IMG/VR virus record: IMGVR_UViG_2895374923_000003
Coordinates: 1-64,000 of that record
Length of the DNA stretch: 64,000 nt
Reading direction: 5' to 3' (one strand)
Origin: a virus
Taxonomy: Duplodnaviria; Caudoviricetes
The notes below the pieces were generated by a model, which was given only the letters and a program-made list of their open reading frames with translations, was not told the DNA's origin and ran no database searches. Shown here piece after piece: positions 26,696-35,523 of the stretch. The position numbers were made by a program, and so were the translations under genes. The first letter of the stretch is position 1. Each line of letters opens with the position of its first letter.

Positions 26696-29056
26696 GTGCC
26701 CAATTACGCCAACTACATCCCCAATCCCTCCCTGGAACTGGGCTCGACCGGCTGGCAGGCCGAAGGCAGCGGGTCGCTGTCGCGCGGCGGCAGTAACGCC
26801 GTCCACGGCTCCTACGCCCTCAAGCTCACCTACACCGGGTACGGCGAGGCCAAGGCCGGTGGCGGGGTCTCCACCCTCGTCGCCATCGAGCCCGGCGCGG
26901 GGCCGTTCACCTTGTCGGCCACGCTGAAGGGGCTGACCGAGTCCAACGGCGCCAGCTACAACGCGGGCGTCACCATCACGGTCTACGACCTGCTGCCCGG
27001 CGAGGCCGTCACCGCCCGCCAGCAGCTCAAGCAGCAGACCTTCGCCTACACCACCAACGGCCGGGTGGCGATCCGCAACTTCACCCCGCGCCCGGCCGCG
27101 GACCGGCTCGTGGTCGCCTTCACCACGAACTCCTCCTTCTATCGCTCGGCCAGTTACAGCAACGAGTCGCGCACCTTCTGGACCGAATACTCCTTCGGGC
27201 AGTACACCACCAGCGAGTTTCCCTACAGCACCAGCTCGCCCAGCGGCAGCCAGGTGGACTCCTCCACCTACTCCAGCTACACCAGTGACAGCTCCTGGTC
27301 CAACAACGGCACCAGCTCCGGTTATCGCAAGGGATCGCCCTCCGGTGGCATCGGCAGCGGCGGCCAGCAGTATTACTACTACTACAAGTGGAACCAGGCA
27401 TCCCAGTCGCGCTCGGTCCAGACCAGCCCGGCTGTCTACGGCGGCACCGCCACGTTCTACGTCGATGCCATCCAGTTGGAGCGCGGCGTCACCGAGACCG
27501 CGTACGTAGACGGCAGTACGCCCGGCTACGTCTGGTCGGGCACCCCCGGTAGCTCGCCCACCCTGGCCATGGTCGCCCTGACGGGATCGGGCACAGCCTC
27601 GGGCAACGGCAGCCTGCCGGACATGATGCGCCTGACCTTCATGGTCGCGCAGGGCAGCAGCAAGAACCAGGGACAACTGACCGCCGACACCCACGGCGTC
27701 CTGGGCGGCAAGGCCCAGGGCCGCGGTAACGGCACCGTCCGTATGTGGGGCGTCGGCGCCTTCCGTGCGGGCGGTACCGGCGGATCCCTCGGCAGCGCCT
27801 ACCTCTACTCCATCAAGAAGATCTCCGCCTCAGGCACTTCCGGGCCCGGCAGCGGCGCCAACGCCCCCCGCCTGGCCATCGTCAAGGCGTGGCCCACCTT
27901 CGGCAGCGGTACCGGCACCGGCACCGGATCGCTCGCGCTGAGCTTCCCTCAGCCGATCGAGATGAACGGCCGCGCCCTCGGCAACGGCACCTTGGCCATG
28001 GGCGTCGGCTGGCAGCTCACCGGCGACGGCTACGCTGCCGCGACCGGATCGCTCGACCTGTCCGACGGCACGCCGCAGGCCGCCTTCAGCGATTTCGCGA
28101 TCTTCGGCGTTACCGAGGAGGACCCGCTCAAGCTGGGTGTCGGCGCCACGAACGCCGGGACGGCATCCGGCGCGTTCAACGCGGCGTGGAACCGCGTGTA
28201 CGCCGAGTTCGTCAGCCCGGCCGAGCAGATCAGCGTCAACGGCTCGGTCGCCTGGCGTCGCGCTGCCTACGCCGCAGTCGGCTTCCGCTTCAACGCCGTG
28301 CCCGCCAACAACTACCACGAGCTCACCTGCGTGCAGGCCGAAGCCGCCGCCCAGACGGCCCCCGGGCCCCGCAGCTATAGCACGGCCCAGACCCTGCGCC
28401 CCTTCGTCGTCGCTGACCGCATCAACTACGCCATCGGCGATGTGTGGCCGTTCTTCGGATCCCAGAACATCACGGTCACCCGCGAGGGGAGCTCGCCGTA
28501 CGCCGACGACCCCAAGCCCGTGGCCAAGGTCGTCTACCAGCCCGGCTACACCGGATTCATGGGCGGTGGCATGATCGCGCCTCCTCCCGGATCTCCGTGT
28601 GTCGTCTCCCTGCACATCAAGACCGACAAGCCCGTGATCCTCCGCCTGGCCGTCACCCGCGGCCAGGGCTGGGTCGAGCAGGGCACCTCCGAACACCTGT
28701 CCCTGACGCCGGAGATGGGCTGGACACGGATCCAGGCCCCCTTCACCGCCTCCGACCTGGGCCAGTTCTGGCACATCAACTTCCCCTACGACGGCGCGGT
28801 CCCCCTGCCGCTGACCCTCAACATCGCCGGCATCCAGGTGGAGGAGGGCAGCCGCGCCACCCCGTACTTCCACATGAAGCTCGGCAGCCGCGACTACTTC
28901 CTGCGCTACAACGGCACCGACACCAACCTGGGGGCTTTCCACTACCGCGACATCGACCAGCGAACCGCGCGACTCGTCAGCGCGCTGGAGGAGCAGACGC
29001 CGATGGGTATCCGTGTCGGCACACCTGAATTCGGCGTCATCCCGCATTTGGACTAA
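26696..29056 (+). CDS. Long tail fibre / receptor-binding protein with CBM-like domains and Gly/Ser/Thr repeats
   Basis: NYIPNPSLE...W...HGSYALKL, YVDAIQLERG, IQVEEGSRATPYF; periodic G-S-G-T-x-x-G-x-G-S-L segments. Confidence 0.75.
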   Translation: MPNYANYIPNPSLELGSTGWQAEGSGSLSRGGSNAVHGSYALKLTYTGYGEAKAGGGVSTLVAIEPGAGPFTLSATLKGLTESNGASYNAGVTITVYDLLPGEAVTARQQLKQQTFAYTTNGRVAIRNFTPRPAADRLVVAFTTNSSFYRSASYSNESRTFWTEYSFGQYTTSEFPYSTSSPSGSQVDSSTYSSYTSDSSWSNNGTSSGYRKGSPSGGIGSGGQQYYYYYKWNQASQSRSVQTSPAVYGGTATFYVDAIQLERGVTETAYVDGSTPGYVWSGTPGSSPTLAMVALTGSGTASGNGSLPDMMRLTFMVAQGSSKNQGQLTADTHGVLGGKAQGRGNGTVRMWGVGAFRAGGTGGSLGSAYLYSIKKISASGTSGPGSGANAPRLAIVKAWPTFGSGTGTGTGSLALSFPQPIEMNGRALGNGTLAMGVGWQLTGDGYAAATGSLDLSDGTPQAAFSDFAIFGVTEEDPLKLGVGATNAGTASGAFNAAWNRVYAEFVSPAEQISVNGSVAWRRAAYAAVGFRFNAVPANNYHELTCVQAEAAAQTAPGPRSYSTAQTLRPFVVADRINYAIGDVWPFFGSQNITVTREGSSPYADDPKPVAKVVYQPGYTGFMGGGMIAPPPGSPCVVSLHIKTDKPVILRLAVTRGQGWVEQGTSEHLSLTPEMGWTRIQAPFTASDLGQFWHINFPYDGAVPLPLTLNIAGIQVEEGSRATPYFHMKLGSRDYFLRYNGTDTNLGAFHYRDIDQRTARLVSALEEQTPMGIRVGTPEFGVIPHLD

Positions 29057-29151
29057 CTCGCGCATTACAAAGGGCCGCCCATTTATCAATACCGTCGTAG
29101 AGTGCCGGAATTTCTCCGGCGAATTCATAACTCTCCGGAGGAGTTAGAGAA

Positions 29152-29478
29152 ATGGCTGGTTTCGATACCGCCCTCGTGCTCGGCCTTGTGGTCGGGCCGT
29201 TCCTATCCCTGCTGGTCGGCCTAGTGACCAAGGCGTCGTGGTCCGGCGCGGTCAAGGGCCTGCTGCTGGCCGCCCTGTCGGCCCTCGACGGCTTCATCGT
29301 CGCCTGGGAGCAGGCGGCCGGCGCCGGTGACGTCTTCGACTGGCGCACGGCCCTGCTCGTGGCCGTCGGCGCCTTCATCGCCGCGCAGTCGGTGCACGAG
29401 GCGATCTGGAAGCCGACCGGCGCAACCGACGCCGTGCAGTCGGTCCTCGTCCGGGACAAGGTGGATCTGGCGGCGTGA
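29152..29478 (+). CDS. Holin-like membrane protein
   Basis: 108 aa, about three hydrophobic segments, follows the tail cassette. Confidence 0.7.
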   Translation: MAGFDTALVLGLVVGPFLSLLVGLVTKASWSGAVKGLLLAALSALDGFIVAWEQAAGAGDVFDWRTALLVAVGAFIAAQSVHEAIWKPTGATDAVQSVLVRDKVDLAA

Positions 29479-29777
29479 TCAGCGTCGTCCTGACCGGTCT
29501 GGCGGCGTGGATGGCCTACCAGGTCGTCCGCGCCGTCGTGCCGGTGCCCGCCGCCCTCCAGTCGCTGCTGGTGATCGGCGCCTGCTACGGGCTGCCGTTC
29601 GCTCCGCCCCAGCTCACGCACGCCCTGGCCGCCGCGGCAGTGGCGGCCGTCGTCACCCGGATGTCCAGCCGCCCCGAAACCTCCGCGCAGTCGCTGACAG
29701 AAATGCTGATTGAGCTGCGCAAACGAGCGTCTCGGGGGAGGGGCCGCGCCTCCCGGGTGCCCGACCTGCCGCGCTGA
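29475..29777 (+). CDS. Small membrane protein (second lysis component?)
   Basis: GTGA overlap; hydrophobic N-terminal two-thirds, Arg-rich tail. Confidence 0.6.
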   Translation: MISVVLTGLAAWMAYQVVRAVVPVPAALQSLLVIGACYGLPFAPPQLTHALAAAAVAAVVTRMSSRPETSAQSLTEMLIELRKRASRGRGRASRVPDLPR

Positions 29778-29827
29778 GAATCTTCCCCCACGAGTTGATA
29801 CGTAAGTTGTCGCAGACTCCCACTTTA

Positions 29828-29856
29828 CGTAAAGCTGAGACGCATCTCCCGCTTTC
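29828..29856 (+). promoter_or_regulatory. CGTAAAGCTK-N13-GCTTTC element upstream of replication operon
   Basis: Same motif and spacing at 62609-62637 (-) and 62794-62822 (+). Confidence 0.6.
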
Positions 29857-29874
29857 AAATATGTGAGGATCTGC

Positions 29875-30951
29875 GTGACCACCACCAAGCCCCTCGTCTT
29901 CGCCGTCGCAGGAGCAGGCGAATCCAGCACCGACAACACCTGGGACCTGCTCACCGACTGGCTGGAAGACGACCCCGAGCGCGAGGTCGCGCTCTACCTG
30001 CCCGCCGATCTTGCGCTGACCAGCAAGGCCGTCGTAGACGTCGCGGAGTGGGCCGAGGCATCCGAGGTGTCCTACACCGCGCTGGCCGCCCCGAAGCCGG
30101 GCCGCCGAGGAAAGCTCGTCCTGGCCTCCTGCGCCCGCTCCGAAGAGACCATGTACGTCGCCGACGACCTCATCCAGACGCTGGCCAATGCCCAGCGGGA
30201 CGGCAAGGAGGCCGTGCTCGTGCTGGCCTGGGGCGAATCCGACGAGGCCCCGGACGAGGACACCGGCACGCTGTTCGACCAGGCCGTGGCCGCGGGAATC
30301 CCCGTCAAGGACCTCACCGCCGGACTGGACGACCTGGCCTACACCGATGACCCTCCGGCCGAGGACCCGGAGGAGGAGCACCCCGACGACGCCGACGACG
30401 ACGATGACGCCGTGCCCCCGTCCGGCGAGCCTGCCGAACTCGAGCAGATCGAGCAGGAACTGACGCTCGAGGATCCGAGCCCGTCACCCCGCCCCGACCA
30501 GGGAGCGGCGCCAGCCGAGGAGGAGGCCGCCCCGGCAGACGAGGCGCAGGCCATCCCGCCCGCCCCCGCGCCCCGGCCCGCGGACGTCCCCGACCTGCTC
30601 ACCACCCTCGCCTTCACGATCGAGCACCTCACCCAGCAGGACCACGCCAACGCCGCCCGCCGCATGGAACCGGTCCACCTTGCCCCGCTCACCCGTGCCG
30701 TACGCCACCACTTCCAGCGCCTGAACGAGGAACTCAACGCCCAGGCGGCCCCGAGCCAGAACCCACAGCCGTCCGCCAAGGCGCGCGGCAAGGCCCGCGA
30801 CACCGCCGCAGATCCGGTCACCGTCCTCATAGACGAGGACAAGCAGACCATTCGCCTGGCCGGGCGCGGACGCCCCCGCAAGGGCGAGACCAAGCGCGAG
30901 ATGACCCGCGCCGAATACGAGGCGTTCCTCAGCGACTTCGACCAGGACTAA
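29875..30951 (+). CDS. Acidic protein with SLOG/YspA-like N-domain and C-terminal AT-hook-like motif
   Basis: VFAVAGAG and GTLFDQAVAAGIPV recall DUF2493/YspA; D/E/P linker; GRGRPRK at 30862-30882. Confidence 0.5.
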   Translation: MTTTKPLVFAVAGAGESSTDNTWDLLTDWLEDDPEREVALYLPADLALTSKAVVDVAEWAEASEVSYTALAAPKPGRRGKLVLASCARSEETMYVADDLIQTLANAQRDGKEAVLVLAWGESDEAPDEDTGTLFDQAVAAGIPVKDLTAGLDDLAYTDDPPAEDPEEEHPDDADDDDDAVPPSGEPAELEQIEQELTLEDPSPSPRPDQGAAPAEEEAAPADEAQAIPPAPAPRPADVPDLLTTLAFTIEHLTQQDHANAARRMEPVHLAPLTRAVRHHFQRLNEELNAQAAPSQNPQPSAKARGKARDTAADPVTVLIDEDKQTIRLAGRGRPRKGETKREMTRAEYEAFLSDFDQD

Positions 30952-30957
30952 AACGCG

Positions 30958-31008
30958 AAGGGCCCCCAGCAATAAGCCGCCACACAGAGGACGGGGCTGG
31001 GGGCCCTT
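30958..31008. terminator. Inverted repeat, probable terminator
   Basis: 13-bp AAGGGCCCCCAGC/GCTGGGGGCCCTT right after stop 30951. Confidence 0.65.
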
Positions 31009-31140
31009 AACCACCACGCACTCGCAGACAGGCAAATCATCTGCGAGGAAGGAGCCGGGAAGGGAACCGGACTTCCGTAAACATAAACGCTACCCCACGC
31101 GCTCCGTAATTCAGGAATTTCGGCAAGGAAAGTAACTCAA

Positions 31141-32115
31141 TTGGCCATCGAAATCGTTGCTGAGGTGTGGCAGAAAGCACCTGCGGCGGTGAAGGGAACC
31201 GAACTCCTCGTCCTGCTCCGGCTGGCCAACTCCGCCGGGGCCGACCACCGCATGACCTGGCTCGGCGTCGAGTCGCTGTGCCGGGAGGTCCGCGCCTCGC
31301 GCTCGACCGTCTACGCCGCCCTGGCCAAGCTCGCCGACCGGGGGATCCTCCAGGAGGTTGCCGAGGACCACTGGCCGGGCGAGGCCCGCGGCTACCTGTC
31401 GGTCGTGCGGCGGATCACCACGCCCGACTTCTGGGACGAGAACTGCCCCGCCCCGCCCTTCCGGGCAGGGGAGGTATCAACCCGTCCGGAATCTGGACCA
31501 GTTGATACATCGCAGCGCCAGCCGGTACCAACTCGTCCGGAATCTGGACCCAAGACTAAAAACCCTATTCATCTAGAGACTTCGTCTCTAGATTCATACG
31601 CCGCGCCTGCGGCTCGGCGGGCCGCCACGACGCCGAAGATGCGCCACCAGCAGATGGAGCTGGACGACGAGCACGACCCGGCGGTCGCCGCCGGGGTCCG
31701 GGAGCCACGACCCCCGCGCCAGCAGCGCACCCGCCGGGCGCCCGGACCCGACACCGGCCTCGGCCTGGCCGCGCACTTCGCCCGGGCGATGACCGGCAGC
31801 GCCAGCGACGGGTTCCCGGCCTACATCGACGTGGCCAACCAGACCAAGCTCGCCGGTGCCTTCAACCGGTGGATGCGGCAAGGCGCGGCCCCCGACCAGA
31901 TCCGGGACATGATCGCCGCCTACGCCACGGTGCCCGGCTACCGCTCGGACTCCGCCGTCCCGTGGACCGACTTCCTCGCCAAGCGGGCCCTGCTGTGGCA
32001 GCACATCACCCGCGCCCGCAGCGCCCAGGCAGCCCAGCAGTTCCGGCCCGAGGAGTGGTCCTCCGGCCTCACCGACGACCAACCGTTCAACCCCGACGAC
32101 TGGACGAGCCTGTGA
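31141..32115 (+). CDS. Replication initiator-like HTH protein
   Basis: N-terminal wHTH (LLRLANSA...TWLGVESLCREVRASRSTVYAALAKL), internal iterons, followed by DnaC-like gene. Confidence 0.75.
   Translation: MAIEIVAEVWQKAPAAVKGTELLVLLRLANSAGADHRMTWLGVESLCREVRASRSTVYAALAKLADRGILQEVAEDHWPGEARGYLSVVRRITTPDFWDENCPAPPFRAGEVSTRPESGPVDTSQRQPVPTRPESGPKTKNPIHLETSSLDSYAAPAARRAATTPKMRHQQMELDDEHDPAVAAGVREPRPPRQQRTRRAPGPDTGLGLAAHFARAMTGSASDGFPAYIDVANQTKLAGAFNRWMRQGAAPDQIRDMIAAYATVPGYRSDSAVPWTDFLAKRALLWQHITRARSAQAAQQFRPEEWSSGLTDDQPFNPDDWTSL
31474..31550. repeat. Iteron-like repeats inside rep (candidate origin)
   Basis: Exact 17-bp direct repeat CGTCCGGAATCTGGACC at 31483 and 31534 (period 51); inverted GTATCAAC/GTTGATAC boxes. 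Confidence 0.65.
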
Positions 32116-32804
32116 CCCCCGCCCTCACCGCCGACGCCGTCGCGCGCCGCGCCAACCTCGCCGGAATCCCGGCCCTGTACCGCGGACTGCGGCTCACCGA
32201 CTGGAACCCCTACAACAACCACGCACACGCCGCCAGATCGTCCGTAGAAGCCTTTCTCGACACATTTGAGGCCAGAGTGAGCAGTGAGGCTCAAAACGCC
32301 TCCAGAAGCCTCCTGGGACGCGGGCTGGCCCTCGTCGGCCCCGCCGGGGCAGGCAAGACCACCCTCGCCTGCATCACCGCCACCGAGACGGCCGAGCGCC
32401 ACAACGCCGGGATCATGTTCGTCGCCGTCGCCGACTACATGAAGGCCCTGGCCAAGCAGCACGCCATCAAGGCCCAGGCCGACCGGGGCGTGCAGGAGGC
32501 CATCGACCTGTGGTGGGCCATCGAACGCATGGTCCACAAGGCCGAGACGACACCGCTGCTGGTCTTCGACGACGTCGGCAAGGAACACCGCACCGCCAGC
32601 AACGCCGCCATCGACGAGGTCGACCGGTTGCTGCGCATGCGCTTTCGCCGAGCCCTGCCCACCGTGGCCACCACCAACCTGCGCCTGGCCGCCTGGGGCG
32701 AGTCCTACAACCCCTCCATGGCCTCCTTCGCCCACGAGACCTTCGACGAAGTCGTGCTGGGCGGCGTCGACCTGCGCAAGGAGGCCGCCCGTGCAAGGCG
32801 GTGA
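32112..32804 (+). CDS. DnaC/IstB-like helicase loader ATPase
   Basis: Walker A GPAGAGKTT, Walker B LLVFDDVGKE, TTNL; GTGA overlap with rep. Confidence 0.9.
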   Translation: MTPALTADAVARRANLAGIPALYRGLRLTDWNPYNNHAHAARSSVEAFLDTFEARVSSEAQNASRSLLGRGLALVGPAGAGKTTLACITATETAERHNAGIMFVAVADYMKALAKQHAIKAQADRGVQEAIDLWWAIERMVHKAETTPLLVFDDVGKEHRTASNAAIDEVDRLLRMRFRRALPTVATTNLRLAAWGESYNPSMASFAHETFDEVVLGGVDLRKEAARARR

Positions 32805-33234
32805 CATCAGCAACCAGACCACCCCGCGGCTGCTGATCGAGTTCGAGAACCTGATCGGCCACCCGCCCGCCCGCAAGGGGCTGGCCGCCGTCAAGCGCAC
32901 CCTGGGCCAGTGGCACCGCCTGGCCCTCGAGTGGGACCTCGACGACCTGGTCGTCAAGGTCATGTGGGATCTGTCCTGGCGCCTGCACCAGACCCTGGAG
33001 GTCATCACCACCCAGGGCCCGGACTTCGCCACCGCGCTGGAGGAACGGCTGGACGCCGAGCAGGTGCCCGCCTCCCGGGTGTGGGCCTACCAGCCGCGAG
33101 TGTTGGCCCGCCGGCTCGCGTCCATGCCGTACGTGGCGGCCGTCTACACCACCGACCCCCACCACGCCCTGCTGTACGGCTCACGCGGGCGCCTGATCAC
33201 CACCGACAACCTGCTCCAGATGGGACGCTTTTGA
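32791..33234 (+). CDS. Hypothetical protein, possibly degenerate HAD fold
   Basis: RLLIEFENLIG at HAD motif-I position, LEVITT at motif-II position. Confidence 0.55.
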   Translation: MQGGDISNQTTPRLLIEFENLIGHPPARKGLAAVKRTLGQWHRLALEWDLDDLVVKVMWDLSWRLHQTLEVITTQGPDFATALEERLDAEQVPASRVWAYQPRVLARRLASMPYVAAVYTTDPHHALLYGSRGRLITTDNLLQMGRF

Positions 33235-34487
33235 TGGACATCGAGCGCTCGCTGATCTCGCGCGTGATCGAACTGGGCGATCTCGGGCCCCTCGCTCACG
33301 CCGGGATCACCCGCGTCTGGTTCCGCGACCCCGAATCCGCCCAGGTCTGGGACGCCATCACCAGCCACAAGCAGACCTACGGCACCGTCCCCTCTCTGGC
33401 AGCGGTCAAGGCCGACCACCCCACCTACAAACTGATCAAGGCCGACGAGGACCTGCCCTACCTGCTGGACAAGATGCGCGAGCACCGGCACCTGGTCGTG
33501 CTGGAGACCGGCCTGACCGACGCCGTGCTCAAGCACACCCGGCGCGACGTCACCGGCGCCACGGCCGCCATCGCCACCGTGCTGGCGCAGATCATGCGCG
33601 AGGGCCCGACCCTGCACGACGTCGACCTGACCACCAACGGCGAGCAGCGCATCCAGCGCTACCGCGAACTGGCCGAACTGGACGGACGCCTGCGCGGCAT
33701 CCCCAGCGGGTTCGGAGCCATCGACCAGGCGCTCGGCGGATTCGAGGGAGGCCAGCTCATCACCTTCGTCGGCCCCCCGAAGGCGGGAAAGTCCACCGCC
33801 ACCCTGCTCATGGCCAAGGCCGCCAACGACGCCGGATACAGCCCGCTGTTCATCGGCTTCGAGATGTCCAACCTCGAGCAAGAGCAGCGACTGGACGCCT
33901 TCCGCGCAGGGATCCCGCACTCCAAGCTCCGCAACGGCACCCTGTCCCTGGCCGAGTGGAAGAAGCTGGAGCGCTCGGTCCACTCCATGGAGTCCATGCC
34001 GAGCTTCCACCTGTCGGCAGACTCCCAGTCCGTCATGACCCTCACCGGCCTGCGCGCCAAAATCGAGAAGATCCGGCCGCACATCGTCTTCGTCGACGGC
34101 GTCTACATGATGCAGGACGAGCAGGGAGAACCGGCCGGATCCCCGCAGGCGCTGACCAACATCACCCGCGGCCTCAAGCGGATGGCCCAGCAGCTCAACC
34201 TGCCCATCGTCATCGCCACCCAGGCGCTGGAGAGCAAGATGAACGGCAAGAAGGTGACCAGCTACTCCATCGGCTACAGCTCCAGCTTCGTCCAAGACAG
34301 CGACGCCGTCCTGGCAGTCGAACGCACCGACGAGCACAACATCAACGTCATCAGCATCGTGCTGGCCCGCACCGCCTCGCCGATGCGCGTCCACTACGCC
34401 TGGGACTGGGAGCGCGCCCTCTTCGAGGAGATCGACGACCCCACAGGCTCGGGCTGGGACGAAGGAGGCTACGGTGTCGCGGCCTAA
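33234..34487 (+). CDS. dnaB: DnaB-like replicative helicase
   Basis: GIPSGFGAIDQALGG, GPPKAGKST, GFEMS, VFVDGVYMM, VIATQ; TGATG overlap. Confidence 0.93.
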   Translation: MDIERSLISRVIELGDLGPLAHAGITRVWFRDPESAQVWDAITSHKQTYGTVPSLAAVKADHPTYKLIKADEDLPYLLDKMREHRHLVVLETGLTDAVLKHTRRDVTGATAAIATVLAQIMREGPTLHDVDLTTNGEQRIQRYRELAELDGRLRGIPSGFGAIDQALGGFEGGQLITFVGPPKAGKSTATLLMAKAANDAGYSPLFIGFEMSNLEQEQRLDAFRAGIPHSKLRNGTLSLAEWKKLERSVHSMESMPSFHLSADSQSVMTLTGLRAKIEKIRPHIVFVDGVYMMQDEQGEPAGSPQALTNITRGLKRMAQQLNLPIVIATQALESKMNGKKVTSYSIGYSSSFVQDSDAVLAVERTDEHNINVISIVLARTASPMRVHYAWDWERALFEEIDDPTGSGWDEGGYGVAA

Positions 34488-35469
34488 GATCACCTCCGGC
34501 TTCGACGCCTTCGCCGACGTCGTCCCCGGCGACGTGATCTCCGCCCTGGAGGCGCTCGGCCTGGAGATCATCCGCATCGACGACTCCGGCGAGGCCACCT
34601 GCCGCTGCCCGGCCCACCTGGAATACACCGGCCGCGAAGACCGCAACCCGAGCTTCGCGGTCAACGTCGAGAGCGGCTTCATGAACTGCTTCTCGTGCGG
34701 GTTCCGGGGCCGCTTCGCCGACCTGGTCGCCTACGTCCTGCGCATCGACCGCACCGACGCCGTCGCCTGGATCCGCGCCCGGGGCACCATCGCCCGAGCC
34801 GAGCGGCTCCTGGCCACCAAGCCACCCCCGCCCGTCGACACCAGCGAGCTGATCACCGAAGCGGCCCTGGCCATCTACACCACCCCGCCCCCGCAGGCCC
34901 TACGCAGCCGGGGACTGACCGCGCAGGCGTGCGCCGCCTACGGCGTGCTCTGGTGCCCGCGCGAAGAGCTGTGGATCACTCCCGTGCGCGACGAGCACGG
35001 CACCCTGCTGGGCTGGCAGGAGAAGAACCGCCGACTCTTCCGCAACCGGCCCAAGTACCTCAAGAAGTCCACGGCCCTTTTCGGACTGAACACCGTGAAG
35101 CCCGGCCAGCCCGTCGTCCGGGTGGAATCCCCGCTGGATGCGCCACGGCTGCTGGCCGCCGGAGTGCCCGGCGCGGTGGCCACCTACGGCGCGTCGGTGT
35201 CGGCTGAGCAGCTCCGGCTGATCCGCCAGGTCACCGACACCCTGATCGACTTCCCCGACCACGACGAGGCGGGCCTGATCTACTCGCGCAAGCTGTGGCA
35301 GGCCGCTCGGGGAAGCGGGCTGTCCACACTCTTCGTCGACTACGCCAACCTCGTCGACCGCGAGGACACCACGGGCCTGGACCCGGGCGACCTGACCGAC
35401 ACCGAACTGCGCACCATGGTCGACCTGGCCACCCCCGGCCTGCTCTCGCGCTGGCTGCGCGCAGGCTAG
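34474..35469 (+). CDS. dnaG: DNA primase (CHC2 zinc finger plus TOPRIM)
   Basis: CPAH...DRNPSF...CFSCG; VESPLD; DHDEAG. Confidence 0.92.
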   Translation: MSRPKITSGFDAFADVVPGDVISALEALGLEIIRIDDSGEATCRCPAHLEYTGREDRNPSFAVNVESGFMNCFSCGFRGRFADLVAYVLRIDRTDAVAWIRARGTIARAERLLATKPPPPVDTSELITEAALAIYTTPPPQALRSRGLTAQACAAYGVLWCPREELWITPVRDEHGTLLGWQEKNRRLFRNRPKYLKKSTALFGLNTVKPGQPVVRVESPLDAPRLLAAGVPGAVATYGASVSAEQLRLIRQVTDTLIDFPDHDEAGLIYSRKLWQAARGSGLSTLFVDYANLVDREDTTGLDPGDLTDTELRTMVDLATPGLLSRWLRAG

Positions 35470-35483
35470 CAACTCCCGCCCAC

Positions 35484-35523
35484 GAGCCCGTCCCAGCGGA
35501 ATAGCCGCTGTTGGGACGGGCTC
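35484..35523 (+). terminator. Long hairpin between primase and helicase
   Basis: GAGCCCGTCCCA/TGGGACGGGCTC 12-bp stem with inner GCGG/CCGC. Confidence 0.65.
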
